64,000 bases of DNA from Squalus acanthias (Eukaryota), in contig CM059433.1 in the NCBI GenBank assembly GCA_030390025.1, positions 22,880,001-22,944,000 of the forward strand. The letters run 5' to 3'. Both the position numbers and the translations under genes were made by a program. This document shows, in pieces, positions 1 through 13,504 of this stretch; the stretch's first letter is position 1, and every line of letters starts with the position of its first letter. The notes under the pieces are model-generated. The model did not search any database. It had not been told where the DNA came from and saw nothing but the letters and a program-made list of their open reading frames with translations.

Positions 1-1270
1 TGCATTCCAGATCTTAACAACTCACTTTGTGAAAAAAAATTCTCCTTATTTCCCCTCTAGTTCTTTTGCCAATTATTTTAAATGACCTCTAGTTACTGAC
101 CCACTTACCAGAGGAAACAGTTTCTCCCTATTTACTCTATCAAAACCCCTCATTATTTTGAATACCTCTATTAGGTCTCCCCTTAACCTTCGCTGCTCTA
201 AGGAGAACAATCCCAGCATCTCAAATCTCTCCACATAACTAAAGTCCATCATCCCTGGTATCATCCTGGTAAACCTCCTCTATCCCCTCTCTGAGGCCTT
301 GACATCCTTCCTAAAGTGTGGTGCCCAGAATTGTACACAATACTCCAGCTGACGTCTAACGAGTGATTTGTAATGGTTTAACATAACTTCCTTGTTTTTG
401 TATTCAATGTCCCTATTTACAAAGCCAAGTATCCCATACACTTTCTTAACCGCCTTAGTAACTTGCCCTGCCACCTTCAAAATGTGAATGTGCGCCCCCA
501 GGTCCCTCTGCTCTTGCACCCCTTCAATATAGCCTCATTTAGATTATACTGCCTGTCCATGTTGTTCCTCCCAAAGTGCATCACTTCACACTTATCCGCA
601 TTAAAAATTGCATCTGCCATCTGCCAGGGTAACACGGTGGCATAGTGGTTAGCACTGGTGTCTCACAGTGCCAGGGACCCGGGTTTGAATCTGACCTCGG
701 GTGACTGTCTGTGTGGAGTTTGCACATTCTCCCCGTGTCTGCGTGGGTTTCCTCCGGGTGCTCCGGTTTCCTCCCACAGTCCAAAAATGTGCGGGTTAGG
801 TTGATTTGGCTATGATAAATTAACCCTTAGTGTTAGGGGGGGATTAAATATGTGGGGTTATGGGGATAGGATGGGATATGTTAGGGGGAATTAAATACGT
901 GGGGTTACGGGGGTAGGGTGGGATATGTGTACTGTGGGGATTAAAGCAGGGACAGGGTGCTGGATTTGAATGATCAGCCATGATCGTATTGAATGGTGGA
1001 GCAGGCTCGACGGGCCGAATGGCCTACTCCTGCTCCTAGATTCTATGTTTCTATGTTTCTATGTCTGCCAATTTCCCCATTTCTGAAGTCTGCTACTATC
1101 CTCCTCACGATTTATTACGTTGTCAAGTTTTGTATCATTCGTAAACTTGCAGATTGTACTCCTTATACCCAAGTCCAGGTCATTCATATATAACAAGAAA
1201 AGCAATGGTCCTAATACCGATCCCTGGGGGACCCCACTGCATACTTCTCTCCAGTCATAAAACAAGCCCC
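1..1270 (-). mobile_element. CR1-type LINE fragment (RT C-terminal half), interrupted by a SINE
   Basis: Minus-strand ORFs 73-264, 280-519 and part of 1059-1454 give CR1 ORF2 motifs ([53 protein letters not shown]) with frameshifts. Confidence 0.9.
627..1063 (+). mobile_element. HE1-like tRNA-derived V-SINE with CR1-type 3' tail
   Basis: Pol III A-box (tggcatagtgg) and B-box-like (ggtttgaatc) motifs, V-domain (tgtggagtttgcacattctccccgtgtctgcgtgggtttcctccggg), tail matching the CR1 3' ends in this window, (ttctatgt)n terminus, 7-bp TSD TCTGCCA at 620-626 and 1064-1070. Confidence 0.88.
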
Positions 1271-2039
1271 TTAACTGGTATAAATGATGAAAAGTTTGTG
1301 AATCCACCTGTGGAGCCGACAAAGTTTTGGAAATATGATTCAACAACCAATTTGTAAAGCCCATTTCAACGATGGAGTCCTGATACCGTTCTTTGGCGTG
1401 GTAAGAAGGAAATCCTTTTTGGACAGCTATGGTCTGGAGGCAAGCTGCATCCACAGATCATGTGATCTCAGGGTTGACTATTGCGAAGGGCTTTAGGGGA
1501 GGCCCAGAAGAATTTTCCAACTTGAATGACGTTAAGTCATGAATATTACTCTAAAGTAGCAGCATGGGTCAGATATGGAGATGGCATTAAGTGATAGTTG
1601 TTACACAAAATAATGCCTTACCCACATAAAGAAAAGTTAAGATTTTAACAAGGCAAGCAATACACATGAAAATAGCAGGCCGATGCAAATTACATTATAC
1701 GTGGCATGATGGTAAAGAGAATGCACAGCAGGGATGAATTTCCATAGGCCAATTCACTCCATGCTAACCTACATTGCTCTTATGTTTAAAGGCTCAATTT
1801 ACACAAAATAAGTGGGTGTGGAGTGAAACAGGTGGTTTCAGATCTCCCAAGAGAAGTCGTTAAATGCATATGAAGGAAGAATTAGAAATTCATAGGGATG
1901 AGGGCTGAAGACTAATTGATCTGTACAATATTAACCATATATTCCATAATTTTCATGATACATTGGATCAATGTGCCCATTGCACACAAGTGCGTAATAA
2001 TTCATGTAATGACAATACAATATCCAAATGAGTTAGTGG

Positions 2040-2520
2040 CTTATGTTCCGATAGGAACTGGTAATGTGGTGTTTTAGATGCCTCCAATCACATTATCGAT
2101 CGCATAACATTCCAATTACACTCTTGACAGAGCAAATGGAACACAGTGATCTTCAGCATGTAGCCATTGAGCAGCAGTCATCAGAGTCACCACACAGTCT
2201 TGAAATGAGACTTTGCAACAAGAATATAATGATGCAAATGAGGAAGCACAGAGTGGAGATTGGGGTCATTGAGAGGTCAGCACATGTAGGGTGGAAGTGT
2301 AGCGTGTTTACTGCCCATCTTGAACTGTCTCAGCTTATAGACCTTGATAGGCTTGGTTTCTAACAGAGGATGTTACAATACTTAGAGTGTGTTGAACAGT
2401 CACTTGTCGCTATACAGAAAGCAGTGCAAAGAGGTATGACAAGGCTGGATGAATTGTGTCTTCACTACAATCTTCCATTGATCAAGGAGCAATTCCAATG
2501 GAAAACCGCAGTGGTGACCC
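2040..2520 (-). mobile_element. Possible very old LINE RT remnant
   Basis: Sequence near 2478-2520 resembles a decayed antisense copy of the GVPQGSxLG motif; no intact frame. Confidence 0.3.
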
Positions 2521-4149
2521 ATTACGTTCTTCTCTCATGAATACTCATGTTATGAATCTTTGTGATTTAAATTCCAAGAAGCAGTCCTGGCCAGCTTTAA
2601 CACGCTTAGAGAATAGTTACATACAAACATAAGGTTGTGATTCATGTAAGTGACCCTTATGTGCTAATAACCTAGCACTACACAAGTGACTGCAGATACC
2701 ATCTTCAAAAGCAATAAACTCCCAGTAACTTGAGTAAAGGAGTCTCCTGTCCTGATGCAGGTATATTAAAATTAGTCACAGATAAGGCAAATGGTTCTTT
2801 GAAAACCCTCACAGCTCTCTAGTTTGCTGAGCAATCACCCTTCACTTCTACATCCTCAGTGGGGGGAGCACTTAGGAGTACACTGAATAAACGAGGTTTA
2901 CACAAAATTTCACATCTCCTTATGGGTACACACAAGAGAAAAAGCACTGAAAAATGGGAGCAACACAATGTCACTTTTATTATATCTTGGAGTCTGTTAG
3001 TGTGCAGAAGAAAATGTCAGTTGTTCACAAGTAAAGGAAACTGAACATAGGCAATTCGTAGGAAGAATCCTTAAAGGGGAAATACAATCTAAGCATAATA
3101 CTTTTTTATTTAAAGTACTCCCCCTTTTATAGAAGAAAATTATAGGTCCACTTCAACATTTTAGGGAAGTTTTTTTCCTTGCTGACTTGAAGCCGTTTGG
3201 GTGGGCTTTCACTCCTTGCCAGCCTGCTCCAGTGACATATAATTTATGGGGAAAAGTAGAGGGTACAGCTTCAAACTGGCCTGAGACTGACTCTGAAGCT
3301 GCCTGACCCCAGAAAACTATGCTGGGGTGGAATGCAAATGTCCCCAGTCTGCTGCAGGTTTCCCAGGGGTTGAGCAGCTCTAGGCTCGCTCTCAGTCAGT
3401 TTGAAGGTGCCCCTACCATTGCTTGCAATGGAGCTACTCTCTGTTATTTCTGTTTGCAATTAAGCTGCTCCAGGGCACATGGGGACAGATTTGCCACCAA
3501 AGGTGCAATATTGTTCGGTAACAAGTCCTTAATAGGTTTAACAAGGAAAATTTAGATTTTTGCTAATTTCCGTAAACACATTTTAAGGTGGTAGGAAGCT
3601 TCATAACAGTGCAGATGGATGAAAGATCCCTTCCTGCTCTCCATAGGACTTGCTCTGCTATTTAAACACATCTATTACTTGGTCAAAATTAACAGACAGA
3701 GGAAAATAGGGCCCATGTTGTCATGTTAGTCTCCTTATTTCTAGAGGTGCAAACTCAGTCATATGGCGTAATATGACCAAATGCTTGGGGACACAAAAGC
3801 GATGTGAACATTTGCATTTCAAATGTCAGTAGTGTTTAAGTTCTTTTGCTGGGTTCTGGGAATTATGCCCCAGAGAATAATGCAGAGGTACACTTTACAA
3901 AACAACACAGAGCAGTCGATTTCTGGTCTTACTCTGTCTAATAGTTCTACATGTTTAATATTTCTTCCGGATCTTAGAAAGTCTGGGTGCGTAGGAAACT
4001 CCGCCAATCCAAAATTATATTTTATATAATATATGTGTGTATCAAATACTTTAGAATATGTTATATATCTATCTATATATATTTCTTTTTATGTACATTA
4101 TTCCACAAAAATGCACAACTGAACCAAGTATAAACCAGTGAAGCCAATG

Positions 4150-4232
4150 GAAAAGAAAATTGGGCCGGATGTTTAACAAGTAACGATATGCTCCTGCCCA
4201 TTTACGCCCCTGTTGAAGTTGAATTTTACCTC
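4150..4232. mobile_element. Short Harbinger-type MITE remnant
   Basis: Ends in gttgaattttacctc (reverse complement gaggtaaaattcaac), resembling the GGGGTAAAAATTCAG terminus at 41744. Confidence 0.45.
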
Positions 4233-4387
4233 TAACTTGTTGAACCAATGATTGTTGACACTACAGTCCAACTTGGAGAGAATGTCAATCAACATAATGG
4301 CTGTTATGGAAACCCAGGTATTTGAGGATGAAGCAACAGGCTCACCAGCAGATGGACAGTCTTGTAGAGAGGTTGCAGTTAGCCATA

Positions 4388-7300
4388 TAAGAATATAAGA
4401 ACATAAGAAATAGGAGCAGGAGTAGGCCATTCGGCCCTTCGAGCCTGCTCTGCCATTCAATGAGATCATGGCTGATCTTCTGCCTCAATTCCATTCACCA
4501 GCCCTATCGCCATATCCCTTGATGGCCTTACTAGTCAGAAATCAATCGAATTCTGTTTTGAATATACCCAATGACTGAGCCTCCACAGGGGTAGAGAATT
4601 CCAAAGATTCACCACCCTCTGTGTGAAGAAATTTCTTCTCATCTCAGTCCTGAATGGCCTACCCTTTATCCTGAGGCTGTGGCCCCTGGTTCTAGACTCC
4701 CCAGCCAAGGGAAACATTCTCCCAGCATCCACCCTATCAAGCCCTATAATGATTTTGTATGCTTCAATGAGATCCCCTCTCATTCTTCTGAATTCAAGAG
4801 AATACAGGCCTAGTTTACTCAATCTCTTCTCATACGACAGTCCTGCCATCCCGGGAATCAATCTCATGAACCTTCGTTGCACTCCCTCTATGGCAAGTAT
4901 ATCCTTCCTTAGGTAAGGAGACCAAAATTGTACACAGTACTCCAGGTGTGGTCTCACCAAGGCCCTATATAATTGGAGTAAGACTTCTTTACTCCTGTAC
5001 TCAAATCTTCTTGTAATGAAGGCCAGCATACCATTTGCCTTCCTAATGGCTTGCTGCACCTGCACATTCACTTTCAGTGACTCATGTACAAGGACACCCA
5101 GGTCCCTTTGAGCATCTGCATTCCCCAATCTTTCACCATTTAGGAAATACTCTGCCTTTCTGTTTTTTCTACCAAAGTGGATAACTTCACATTTATCCAC
5201 ATTATATTCCATCTGCCATGTTCTCGCCCACTCACTGAACCTGTCAAGATCCCCTTGAAGCCTCTTCAAATCCTCTTCACAACTGACACTGCCATCTAGC
5301 TTTGTGTCATCAGCAAATTTGGAATTGTTACATTTAGTCCCCTCATCCAAATCATTGATATAGATTGTGAATAGCTGGGGCCCAAGCACCGATCCTTGCG
5401 GTACCCCACTAGTCACAGCCTGCCATCCTGAAAAATACCCTTTTATCCCTACTCTGTGTTTTCTGTCTGTTAACCAATTCTCAATCCATGCTAGTATATT
5501 ACCCCCAATTCCATGTGCCCTAATTTTGTTCACCAACCTCTTGTGTGGGACCTTATCGAAGGCCTTCTGAAAATCCAAATACACCACATCTACCGGTTCC
5601 CCTTTGTCTACTTCACTAGTTACATCCTCAAGGAACTCCAATAGGTTTGTCAAACAGGATTTCCCTTTCATAAATCCATGTTGACTCTGTCCAGTCTTGC
5701 TATTAGTTTCTAAGTGCCCAGTTATTGCATCCTTTAAAATAGATTCCAGCATTTTCCCAACTACTGATGTGAGGCTAACAGGTCTGTAGTTCCCTGTTTT
5801 CTCTCTCCCTCCTTTCTTAAATAGCGGGATTACATTTGCTATCCTCCAATCTGCAGGAACCGTTCTAGAATCTGTAGAATTTTGGAAGATGACAAGCCAA
5901 TGCGTCCACAATCCTAATGGCCACCTCTTTCAAAACCCTAGGATGTAGGTCATCCGGTCCTTGGGATTTATCGACTTTTAGTCCCATTAATTTTGCTAGT
6001 ACTGTTTTTTTACTAATAATAATTTCTTTAAGTTCCTCATTCTCACCACACCCTTGGTTTTCTCATATTTCTGGGAGGTTTTTTGTGTCTTCCTCCGTGA
6101 AGACAGAAACAAAGGGCTGGATTTTGATACGGGGCGGGTTGGGGTCGTGTCATCCGCATTTCGTGTTATCCACCCGACTGCAATTGGATGTGGGAGATTG
6201 ATGCAATTTTCAGCTAATTGGGCAATTGAGTTCCAGCATGTGGGAACCCATGAACCAGTTAGTAGTTTCAGTCTGAAAGTCGCCTCTGATGATGTCATCA
6301 TTGCTGCTGCATTGAAGGTCTTCAGAGACTGCCTGGCCTTTGCTGTGAGTGGACCTGGCTGCAAAATGAGCATGAGAGAGAGAGAGAACATTTTTTTGCA
6401 TCCAGGTCCTCTCACAGCAAAGGCCAGGCAGTCTCTGAAGACATTCAATGCAGCAGCATCAGAGGCGACTTTCAGACCTAATACTACTACTACCTTCATC
6501 ACCTAATACTACTACTAACTTCATCACATCTCCGTTGTAATAGTGGACCTGCAGCTGATAGTCAGCTATCCACTTGTGCTCCCGCCAGGTTTCACTGGCG
6601 TGTTTCACATCAGGCGTGCTTCACGTTGGAAAAGGGTTAAACTAGCTAAAACGTTTCAAAATGGCATTACAGAGCCAATTTAGGGCTTGTTAAGGGCTTT
6701 AATGGCCTCTCCCGCCTCTTGGAGGCGGGACGGAGTCAGGAACACCGCACACGATTTTATCAAAATTGCGTGGAGGCGGAATGGAGGCGGGATCAGGTCT
6801 GCCCACCACTTTTCGCAATTTTAACCCCCCACACGCCTCCAAACCCGCCTCCACGGCCCTATGAAAATCCAGCCCAAAGTATTTATTTAATTTCTCGGCC
6901 ATTTCCTCATTCCCCATTATAAATTCTCCCATCTCTGTCTGTAAAGGACCTACATTTACCTTTGCCAGTCTTTTCCTTTTCACATACCTATAGAAGCTTT
7001 TACAATCCGTTTTTATATTTTTCGCTAGTTTGTGCTCATATTCCATTTTCCCTTTCTTCACCAATTTCTTGGCACCCCTTTGCTGATTTCTAAAAAGATC
7101 CCAATCCTCAGGCTGACCGCTTTTTCTGGCAACTTTATAAGCTTCCTCCTTTGACTTAATACTAGCTTTAATTTCTTTTGTTAGCCATGGTTGGATCACT
7201 TTTCCTTTTGGGATTTTATGCCCTAGAGGAATATATGATTGTTGCAAATTATGCATTATTTCCTTGAATGTTAGCCATTGTATGTCCACCTTCATACCTT

Positions 7301-7880
7301 TTAGTGTAGTCTCCCAATCTACCATGGCCAACTTGTCCCTCATACCCTTGTAGTTTCCTCTGTTTAGATTGAAGACCTTAGTTTCAGATTGGACGACATC
7401 ACTCTCAAACTTAATATAAAATTCAATCATATTATGGTCACTTGTCCCTAAAGGCCCCTTTACCATCTGATTATTGATTAGCCCTTTCTCATTACACAGT
7501 ACCAGATCCAGAATAGCCTGTTCCCTGGTTGGTTCCTCCACATACTGATCCAGGAAACCGTCTCGCATGCATTCCAAGAATTTGTCGTCCACACCATTCG
7601 TGGTAATTTGATTTGCCCAGTCAATATGTAGATTAAAGTCCCCCATGATTACCGTATTGCCCTTGTTACACGCACTTCTAATCTCTTGATTGATACTGTA
7701 CCCTACATTACCACTATTGTTTGGTGACCTATACACAACTCCTACCAATGTTTTCCGCCCTTTGCTGTTTCTTAGCTCCACCCAAACTGATTCCAGTTCT
7801 ACATCACTATCTGCCAAGCCAAGATCTTTTATCTCTACTGTACCAATCTCATCCCTTATTAACAGTGCTACACCACCTCC
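4388..7880 (-). mobile_element. 5'-truncated CR1 LINE (ORF2 endonuclease and RT), split by a MITE
   Basis: ORF 6699-7952 has APE motifs (GVVYRSPN, IMGDFN, ILDLVL, SDHNMI); ORF 4535-5911 has RT motifs ([34 protein letters not shown]); 3' tail with (ttcttat)n at ~4388-4470. Confidence 0.95.
6114..6875. mobile_element. Harbinger-type MITE (762 bp) inserted in CR1 ORF2
   Basis: Perfect 12-bp TIRs GGGCTGGATTTT/AAAATCCAGCCC and 3-bp TSD AAA (6111-6113, 6876-6878); removing it rejoins the CR1 sequence acagaaacaaagtatttattt. Confidence 0.92.
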
Positions 7881-7921
7881 TTTGCATAGCCATAGGATGA
7901 CAAAAGGTACAGAGGTCTCAT

Positions 7922-8390
7922 AAAAGAAAAGAAAGTTGCATTTATGTAGCACTTTTCATAACTTCAGGACGTCCCAAAGCGCTTTACAGTCAATTAAGTA
8001 CTTTTGAAGTGTAGTCACTGTTGTAATGTAGGAAACACAGCAGCCAAATTGCACACAGCAAGCTCCAACAAACAGTAATGAAATAATGACCAGATAATCT
8101 GTTTTAGGGATGTTGGTTGAGGGATAAATATTGGCCAGGACACCAGGAAGAATTCCCCTGCTCTTCATCAAAATAGTGGCGTATGATTTTTTACATCCAA
8201 ATGAATGTGCAAACAGGGCCTCGGTTTAATGTTTCATCCAAAAGGCAGCACCTCTGACAGTGCAGCACTTCCTCAGTAATGCACTGGAGTGTCAGCCTAG
8301 ATTTTATGCTCAAATCTCTGACATGGGACTTGAACCGTCAAGCTTTCTAACTCAGTAGGCGAGAGTGCTACCACTGAGCCACAGCTGACA
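7922..8390 (-). mobile_element. Deu-domain-type SINE (SacSINE1-like) with tRNA head and L2-like tail
   Basis: Minus-strand head gtcagctgtggctcagtggtagcactctcgcc...ggttcaagtccca; central block shared with 17655-18058; tail (ttgcatttatgtagcac...gtcccaaagcgcttt) resembles the L2 3' ends in this window. Confidence 0.8.
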
Positions 8391-8515
8391 CATGACTCAT
8401 GGATGAAGACCATATAATATACACAGCAGGCACATTCAGCTCCCAAAGAATTCAAAAAATTAAAACTGACATATTTGTCACATGGCCTGTTGTTACATGT
8501 ACATGTAGGCATAAC

Positions 8516-9204
8516 GGCCCAGATATTCCGATCACAGGCCTCCTGCGGGCGAGGACTGCGATCTGGAAAAATCTGAGGGCTCCCAGGAGGCGCACAATTC
8601 CGATGCTGGGCCTCTCCAAACTGCCGGTGCGCAGGGCCCACGTATCCCAGGTGCGCAGGTAGTTTGCAGCGTTCCTGGGATCACATGGGCCATGGGGAGC
8701 CAATCAAAGAAGGGAATCTCCCTTCATACATTTGACAGGAAGACCTGTCAAATATATGAATGGAGATCACCCCCAAAACACAGTAAAACTTTAAATACAT
8801 TTTTAAAAAATCACATTTTTAAAATGACTTGAAAGTACAAATAAATTAACTATTTTAAACAAAACTTTAAATTTTTGAAAACAGTAATTAAAGTTTTTTA
8901 CGGGGCTAAAAATAAACTTACCTTTTTTTAAAGTATTTTTAAATGATAAATCAGTGGAAATTTTTTTAAAAACTTTTTTTCAACTCAAGAATTGTGAGGG
9001 TTTTCTGCGGGCAGAGGGTCTCCAAAAAGCGGAACTGTCCACCCGCACAGGCCCTTCTCCAGGGCAGCCGGAGGATCTGTCAAGATGATTCTTGACAGAT
9101 CAGAAATGCCGGTTTCCAGCGCGTGCCTGAAACCGGCATTTCCGATGTCCCTACGGGTGAGTACACAACGCGTACCCACCCGTAGGGATCAGAATATCCG
9201 GCCC
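8516..9204. mobile_element. Harbinger-type MITE, related to 9512-10272
   Basis: Imperfect 18-bp TIRs GGCCCAGATATTCCGATC / GATCAGAATATCCGGCCC; colinear similarity with 9512-10272 including the internal palindrome and AT-rich core; TSD not recoverable. Confidence 0.8.
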
Positions 9205-9511
9205 ATTATGTTTGGGTAGTAGGAATGCAGGCCAGTGAAAAAGTGGGACAAAGGAAAGATATCCTATGGCGAATACTTTTTTTGTATCCTGCTATCATCA
9301 TACATATTTATATATGTGATTTTTCTTATCAGACTAGATTGGTATCGTAAGTCTGTATGAGTTACCCAGTATCAGTCAGGCCAGTGACTGCTGCTCACTT
9401 TGGCACTGGAGATTTGCTTAAGTGCAATGAGTGACAATCAGATTTTCCATAGTCTTCTGTCCACATGGTTCCTCCTGTGTCTGCAACAGCAACAGGGCAA
9501 AATACTATATT

Positions 9512-10272
9512 GGGCCAGAAATTCAGCTCCTTGGCTTCCCGCGGGTACAAGGATCGCGCGCGCACCTACCTACCGCGCCTGCCGTTGACCTCTGGGCCCA
9601 CGGGGACTTCAGCTCCTGGGCCTCCTGCAGCTGCCGGCGCGCAGTGCTTGTGTATCCCAGGGGCATAGCTAGTGCGATGCGTCCCCTGGGATCACGTGGG
9701 CCATGGAGAGCCAATGGCAGCAGACCATCTTTCATTCATAGATTTGACAGGAAGACCTGTCAAATCTATGAATACAGATCGGCCCCAAAACATCCCTAAA
9801 ACTACAAATAATTTTTTTTTTAAATCAAATTTTTAAAATAACTATAAATTACATGAATTAACTCTTTTAAACAAAAATGTAAATTTTTGAAAAATTAATT
9901 ACATTTTTTAACGGGGCTAAATCTAAATTTACCTTTCTTTAAAGTAATTAAAAAAGACAAATCTGTGAAAAAAAGTTTAAATTTTAATAAAATCAACACT
10001 TACCTTGTTAAAAGAAGGCCTTGCGCATCCTTTTTAAAAGTGTATCTTCTCCGTGCTTACCTTCACGGAGGAACCTGTAAAAAAATCCGAAGTGCGAGGC
10101 GAACACGCTGGCCCTCCGGCGTGCGCGTTCGACCTCTGAACCCCTTTCCTCAGGGGAACGGAAGTGCTGGTTTCTCGCGCATGCGCAGTGCATGCAAGAA
10201 ACCAGCACTTTCGTTCCGTCCACAGGTGAGTACACAGTGCGTACTCGCCGACAACAGACGAATTTCTGCCCC
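9512..10272. mobile_element. Harbinger-type MITE (761 bp)
   Basis: TIRs GGGCCAGAAATTC / GAATTTCTGCCCC, TSD ATT (9509-9511, 10273-10275). Confidence 0.88.
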
Positions 10273-10289
10273 ATTGTGAACTTTTTGCT

Positions 10290-12215
10290 AGGTTTGGGTG
10301 CTTTAACTGGCCTCAACTCTCCTGGGCTAGGCAAGAGTAAAATCAGCCAGCATTCTCACTCATGATTGTGATTCAGTGACTCTTGTTGGAAAGGGCATAT
10401 ATGTGGATGTCAGGTGATGACAAGATTTGGCTCAGCTAGAATGCCCAATATGCTCCAATAGCCTGTCAGCACTCACCCTCTAGGATCTGTAAGGGATTTG
10501 ACCGTGCGTGTCTCGCAGCCTGTGAGATTCACGCGGCTCTGTGCAGCCTGTATGTCAGTGCGGGTTTAGGCCTTGTTGCCTGTTCTGGTCTCCAGCCAGT
10601 CTGGGAGCACTAGACACACCTGTGAGTGGTTCGAATCACTCGCCCTTACGGTTCTAGACACTGGACTTAGATGCGAGAGCAGTAATGGAGATGAAACTCA
10701 TGTAGACTCGGTTGAATGGTACGAAATGGAAAATCTTTATTGCATGATATTTAAGATTACGAAATACATGTCATAAGCACAGATTAATGACAGTACGATC
10801 TTATAAGCAGTTATATAGCTAATTCTAGGGAAACGAGGAACGAACGACACACCGTAAATAGGGGCACACATTACAAGTATCCTTAATACTTCAACCCTCC
10901 CCTATCAATATCTGTCCTAACTAGATTCGTAGGATTTCGAGACTCATGCTCACCACTCGTGATAACTCGGAGAAATTCCGAATAGCTGATCGGATGTTTT
11001 TCACCGCAGCACCCACGTGTCGATCAGGAGATCTCCTGGTCCCACTTGTTTACTTGCTTCTGCTCCGGCTAGCAGGCTGGAACGTCTGCTGTGATGAAGA
11101 TCTGTGTTGGTTGGTTTAACAGGCACTGTCCGAATGGGTTTCACAGACCAGTCAATATCATCTTGGAGGATCTTCCGAGGTCTGTTCTTGCAAGTTCAAA
11201 GAAGTCTCCCTAGCAAGGAAAACTTGGCTATTCGACCTACAGGCGCGGTCGGGGCTTACTGACCGTGGCGATGAGTATGGTCTTCCTCTCTTCTCATCTC
11301 ATCTCATCTCATCTCATCTCGGGCCTTTGGTTCCGATGCCAGTTACCAACATAGGTCTTCGTTACGCGACACGAGGTAGATCCGAACGGATCAGAAAGTT
11401 CAACAGTCTTTTTCAAAGAGGCACCAGGCAAGCAGGAACAAGACTACGAGTCAAAACACAGGAGCAGCCACCAGGTTACGAGTCGATCGGATAAGAGAAT
11501 AAGAGAAAGATGGATGGTTGGAGCTTTGTAATTATAGTACAAAATCTTCCGTTTCCCGCCCGACCTTAATGTCCTTTCTTTTGTTAGGGTTTGGCGCTCA
11601 AATGTCTTGTATGGGTGATCTCCGTTCTTAATGGGTTTCGGGGCTACTCGTAAATGTCTGAGTACCTGTTAATATTTCTCCCATTGTTAAATCGGTCGGT
11701 GTTCTCCCTGGAGGGGTTTTGGGGCTTCCAAGGGTTTTGTATAACTACCCGCTAACGGCTCTCTCATCGTAGAGTCGTTGGGATTTTACATATTAATGTC
11801 TTTGGATGGGCCCTTGATTACTCGGTACAATAGCTTTCATTCGTACCTGGGAGACCGATTTCAGTATTTATGTGTATACTGCAAACCCATAATGTCTCGT
11901 GTATTATCTTCAATGTGCTGAATCTTAATCGATCTTGCACAAATGTTTATTGGAACGCCATCTTGTCTGCCTGTCGAAAAGTCTAGAATGTTCTGTCACG
12001 AGGTGCGGCGGCCATTTTACAAGCTGCTTGTGTCCACTTTGAGAAACCTGACAGCATTCTGCTGAAATAAAAGCTGTTTGAACGAAACTCTGTGTTTTCT
12101 CCTTATTAATAAAAATCGCGATATATTGCGAATTCTACAGATCGCACATAAAGAATGGTCACTTAGGTAACGTGGCAGAGGGCTGCTGGTGCTGGTGGAA
12201 TTATATCACTGCACC
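10290..12215 (+). mobile_element. Old SINE-like remnant split by the solo LTR (pieces ~10290-10487 and 12140-12215)
   Basis: Flanks join as ...cagcactcaccctctaggatc|gcacataaagaatggtcactt..., resembling from memory an ancient fish/shark SINE core; family not verifiable here. Confidence 0.4.
10488..12139 (-). mobile_element. Solo LTR, 1,652 bp (ERV- or Gypsy-like)
   Basis: TGTA...TACA termini, 4-bp TSD GATC (10484-10487, 12140-12143), block homology in inverted orientation to 40447-46442; AATAAA on the minus strand near 10736-10741. Confidence 0.9.
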
Positions 12216-13256
12216 TTGAAGGGAAGAGGGAAGAAGAGATAAATGAATAAATTCTATCATGTTTACATAGAATTACAAAACATTTACAACACAGAAACAG
12301 GCCATTCAGCGCAACTGGTGTTTATGCTCCACATGCACAAGCCTCCTCACACTCTGCTTCATCTAACGCTATCAGCATATCTCTAACCCTATCAACATAT
12401 CAGCATGTACGTATGGGGCTCAATGCTAAGAGCACAAAAATCTAGGAGAAAGGGCTAAAGGGTAAACACAAAAACTAAGCAATGCTGCAAAACATCTAAA
12501 AAAATATTTTTAGCATTATGTACAAGTTGAGGATGTGATGTAGACCAGTCCTGTGAAACACTCCTCAATAAGTCTCGGCAGCTCAATCAAGAAAAACAAT
12601 TAACAGTCACTGAATATTATTTTAAGGAGTTTCAAATTCCTACATATCATATTAAAAAATATCATATTGTGGCCTGGGTAACTGCAGGTGCTGTTTTAAA
12701 AACTGCACTAAGGGCTAAAGCAAGGCAAGCAATTCAAAATGTCCGTTAATACATTGATATAACCAAACACTTTTCCACTGCATAAATTTATCATTCTTGA
12801 AACTGTGTTTAAGTATTGTAGGCATAGACATTAACAGTAGGAACTGTCCCAGAACACCTTAATTTTGCTAGGATATATTTCTAAAATATTTACATTATTG
12901 TCTTAAATAATTACTTGCTATTATTTGCAGCGAAAGATAATTAATCAAAAAATAAAATGCATCAGCCATATCTCCCTCAACAATTTACATTTCAATGAAA
13001 TATGGGGTGTAAGTGCGTAATGTTGCAGATATGCCCTGATTGTTAATGATAATGATCAATCTGTGTTAGCTGGCTTAATAACAAGCATCTTCAGTGCATA
13101 TTCTAATGAGAGCACAGGTCACAGAGAAAGTGCATCAGAGGAATAGGCTTGTAATTTTGTTTACATTTTTGGTCGTAAATGGTGTTAATTGGCTAATAAA
13201 GATCAACAAGCACGAATGTATATTTTAGGCAATTTGTCTTGTGCTACTTATCTTAC

Positions 13257-13406
13257 CTCCTGTACACTGTAGGGGGATTCTGCAGCTCCGTGTAGTGGAA
13301 CACTGCACAATTGATGCCCTTGAGATGGAGAGTCACAAGTGCTCAAGCACCATGACAACCATAATAATATGGAGTTAGCAACATCATAAAAGCGCATTAT
13401 TCTTTG
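13257..13406 (-). CDS. Candidate internal exon of an unidentified host gene (50 codons, phase 0-0)
   Basis: Acceptor tttcctttatcttcag, donor GAG|gtaaga, 150 nt, one fully open frame QRIMRFYDVANSILLWLSWCLSTCDSPSQGHQLCSVPLHGAAESPYSVQE, in non-repetitive DNA. Confidence 0.45.
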
Positions 13407-13504
13407 CTGAAGATAAAGGAAACACATTGCATTGTTCTTTTGCTTTCATTGTGTGGAAACAGAAATTAAAAAAAATTCCAAATTTGCATTAGTATTGTTT
13501 TTAA

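Noticed and set aside
627..700. tRNA gene
   Set aside because: It is the tRNA-derived head of a SINE, continuous with the V-domain and CR1 tail; the same applies to the heads at ~8390 and ~18058.
4173..4469. Minus-strand exon-like ORF ending at GAG|gtaaaa
   Set aside because: The apparent donor is the terminus of a MITE remnant and the 5' part is a CR1 tail.
5996..6506. Paired ORFs on both strands with repeated peptides
   Set aside because: A by-product of the long inverted repeat inside the MITE.
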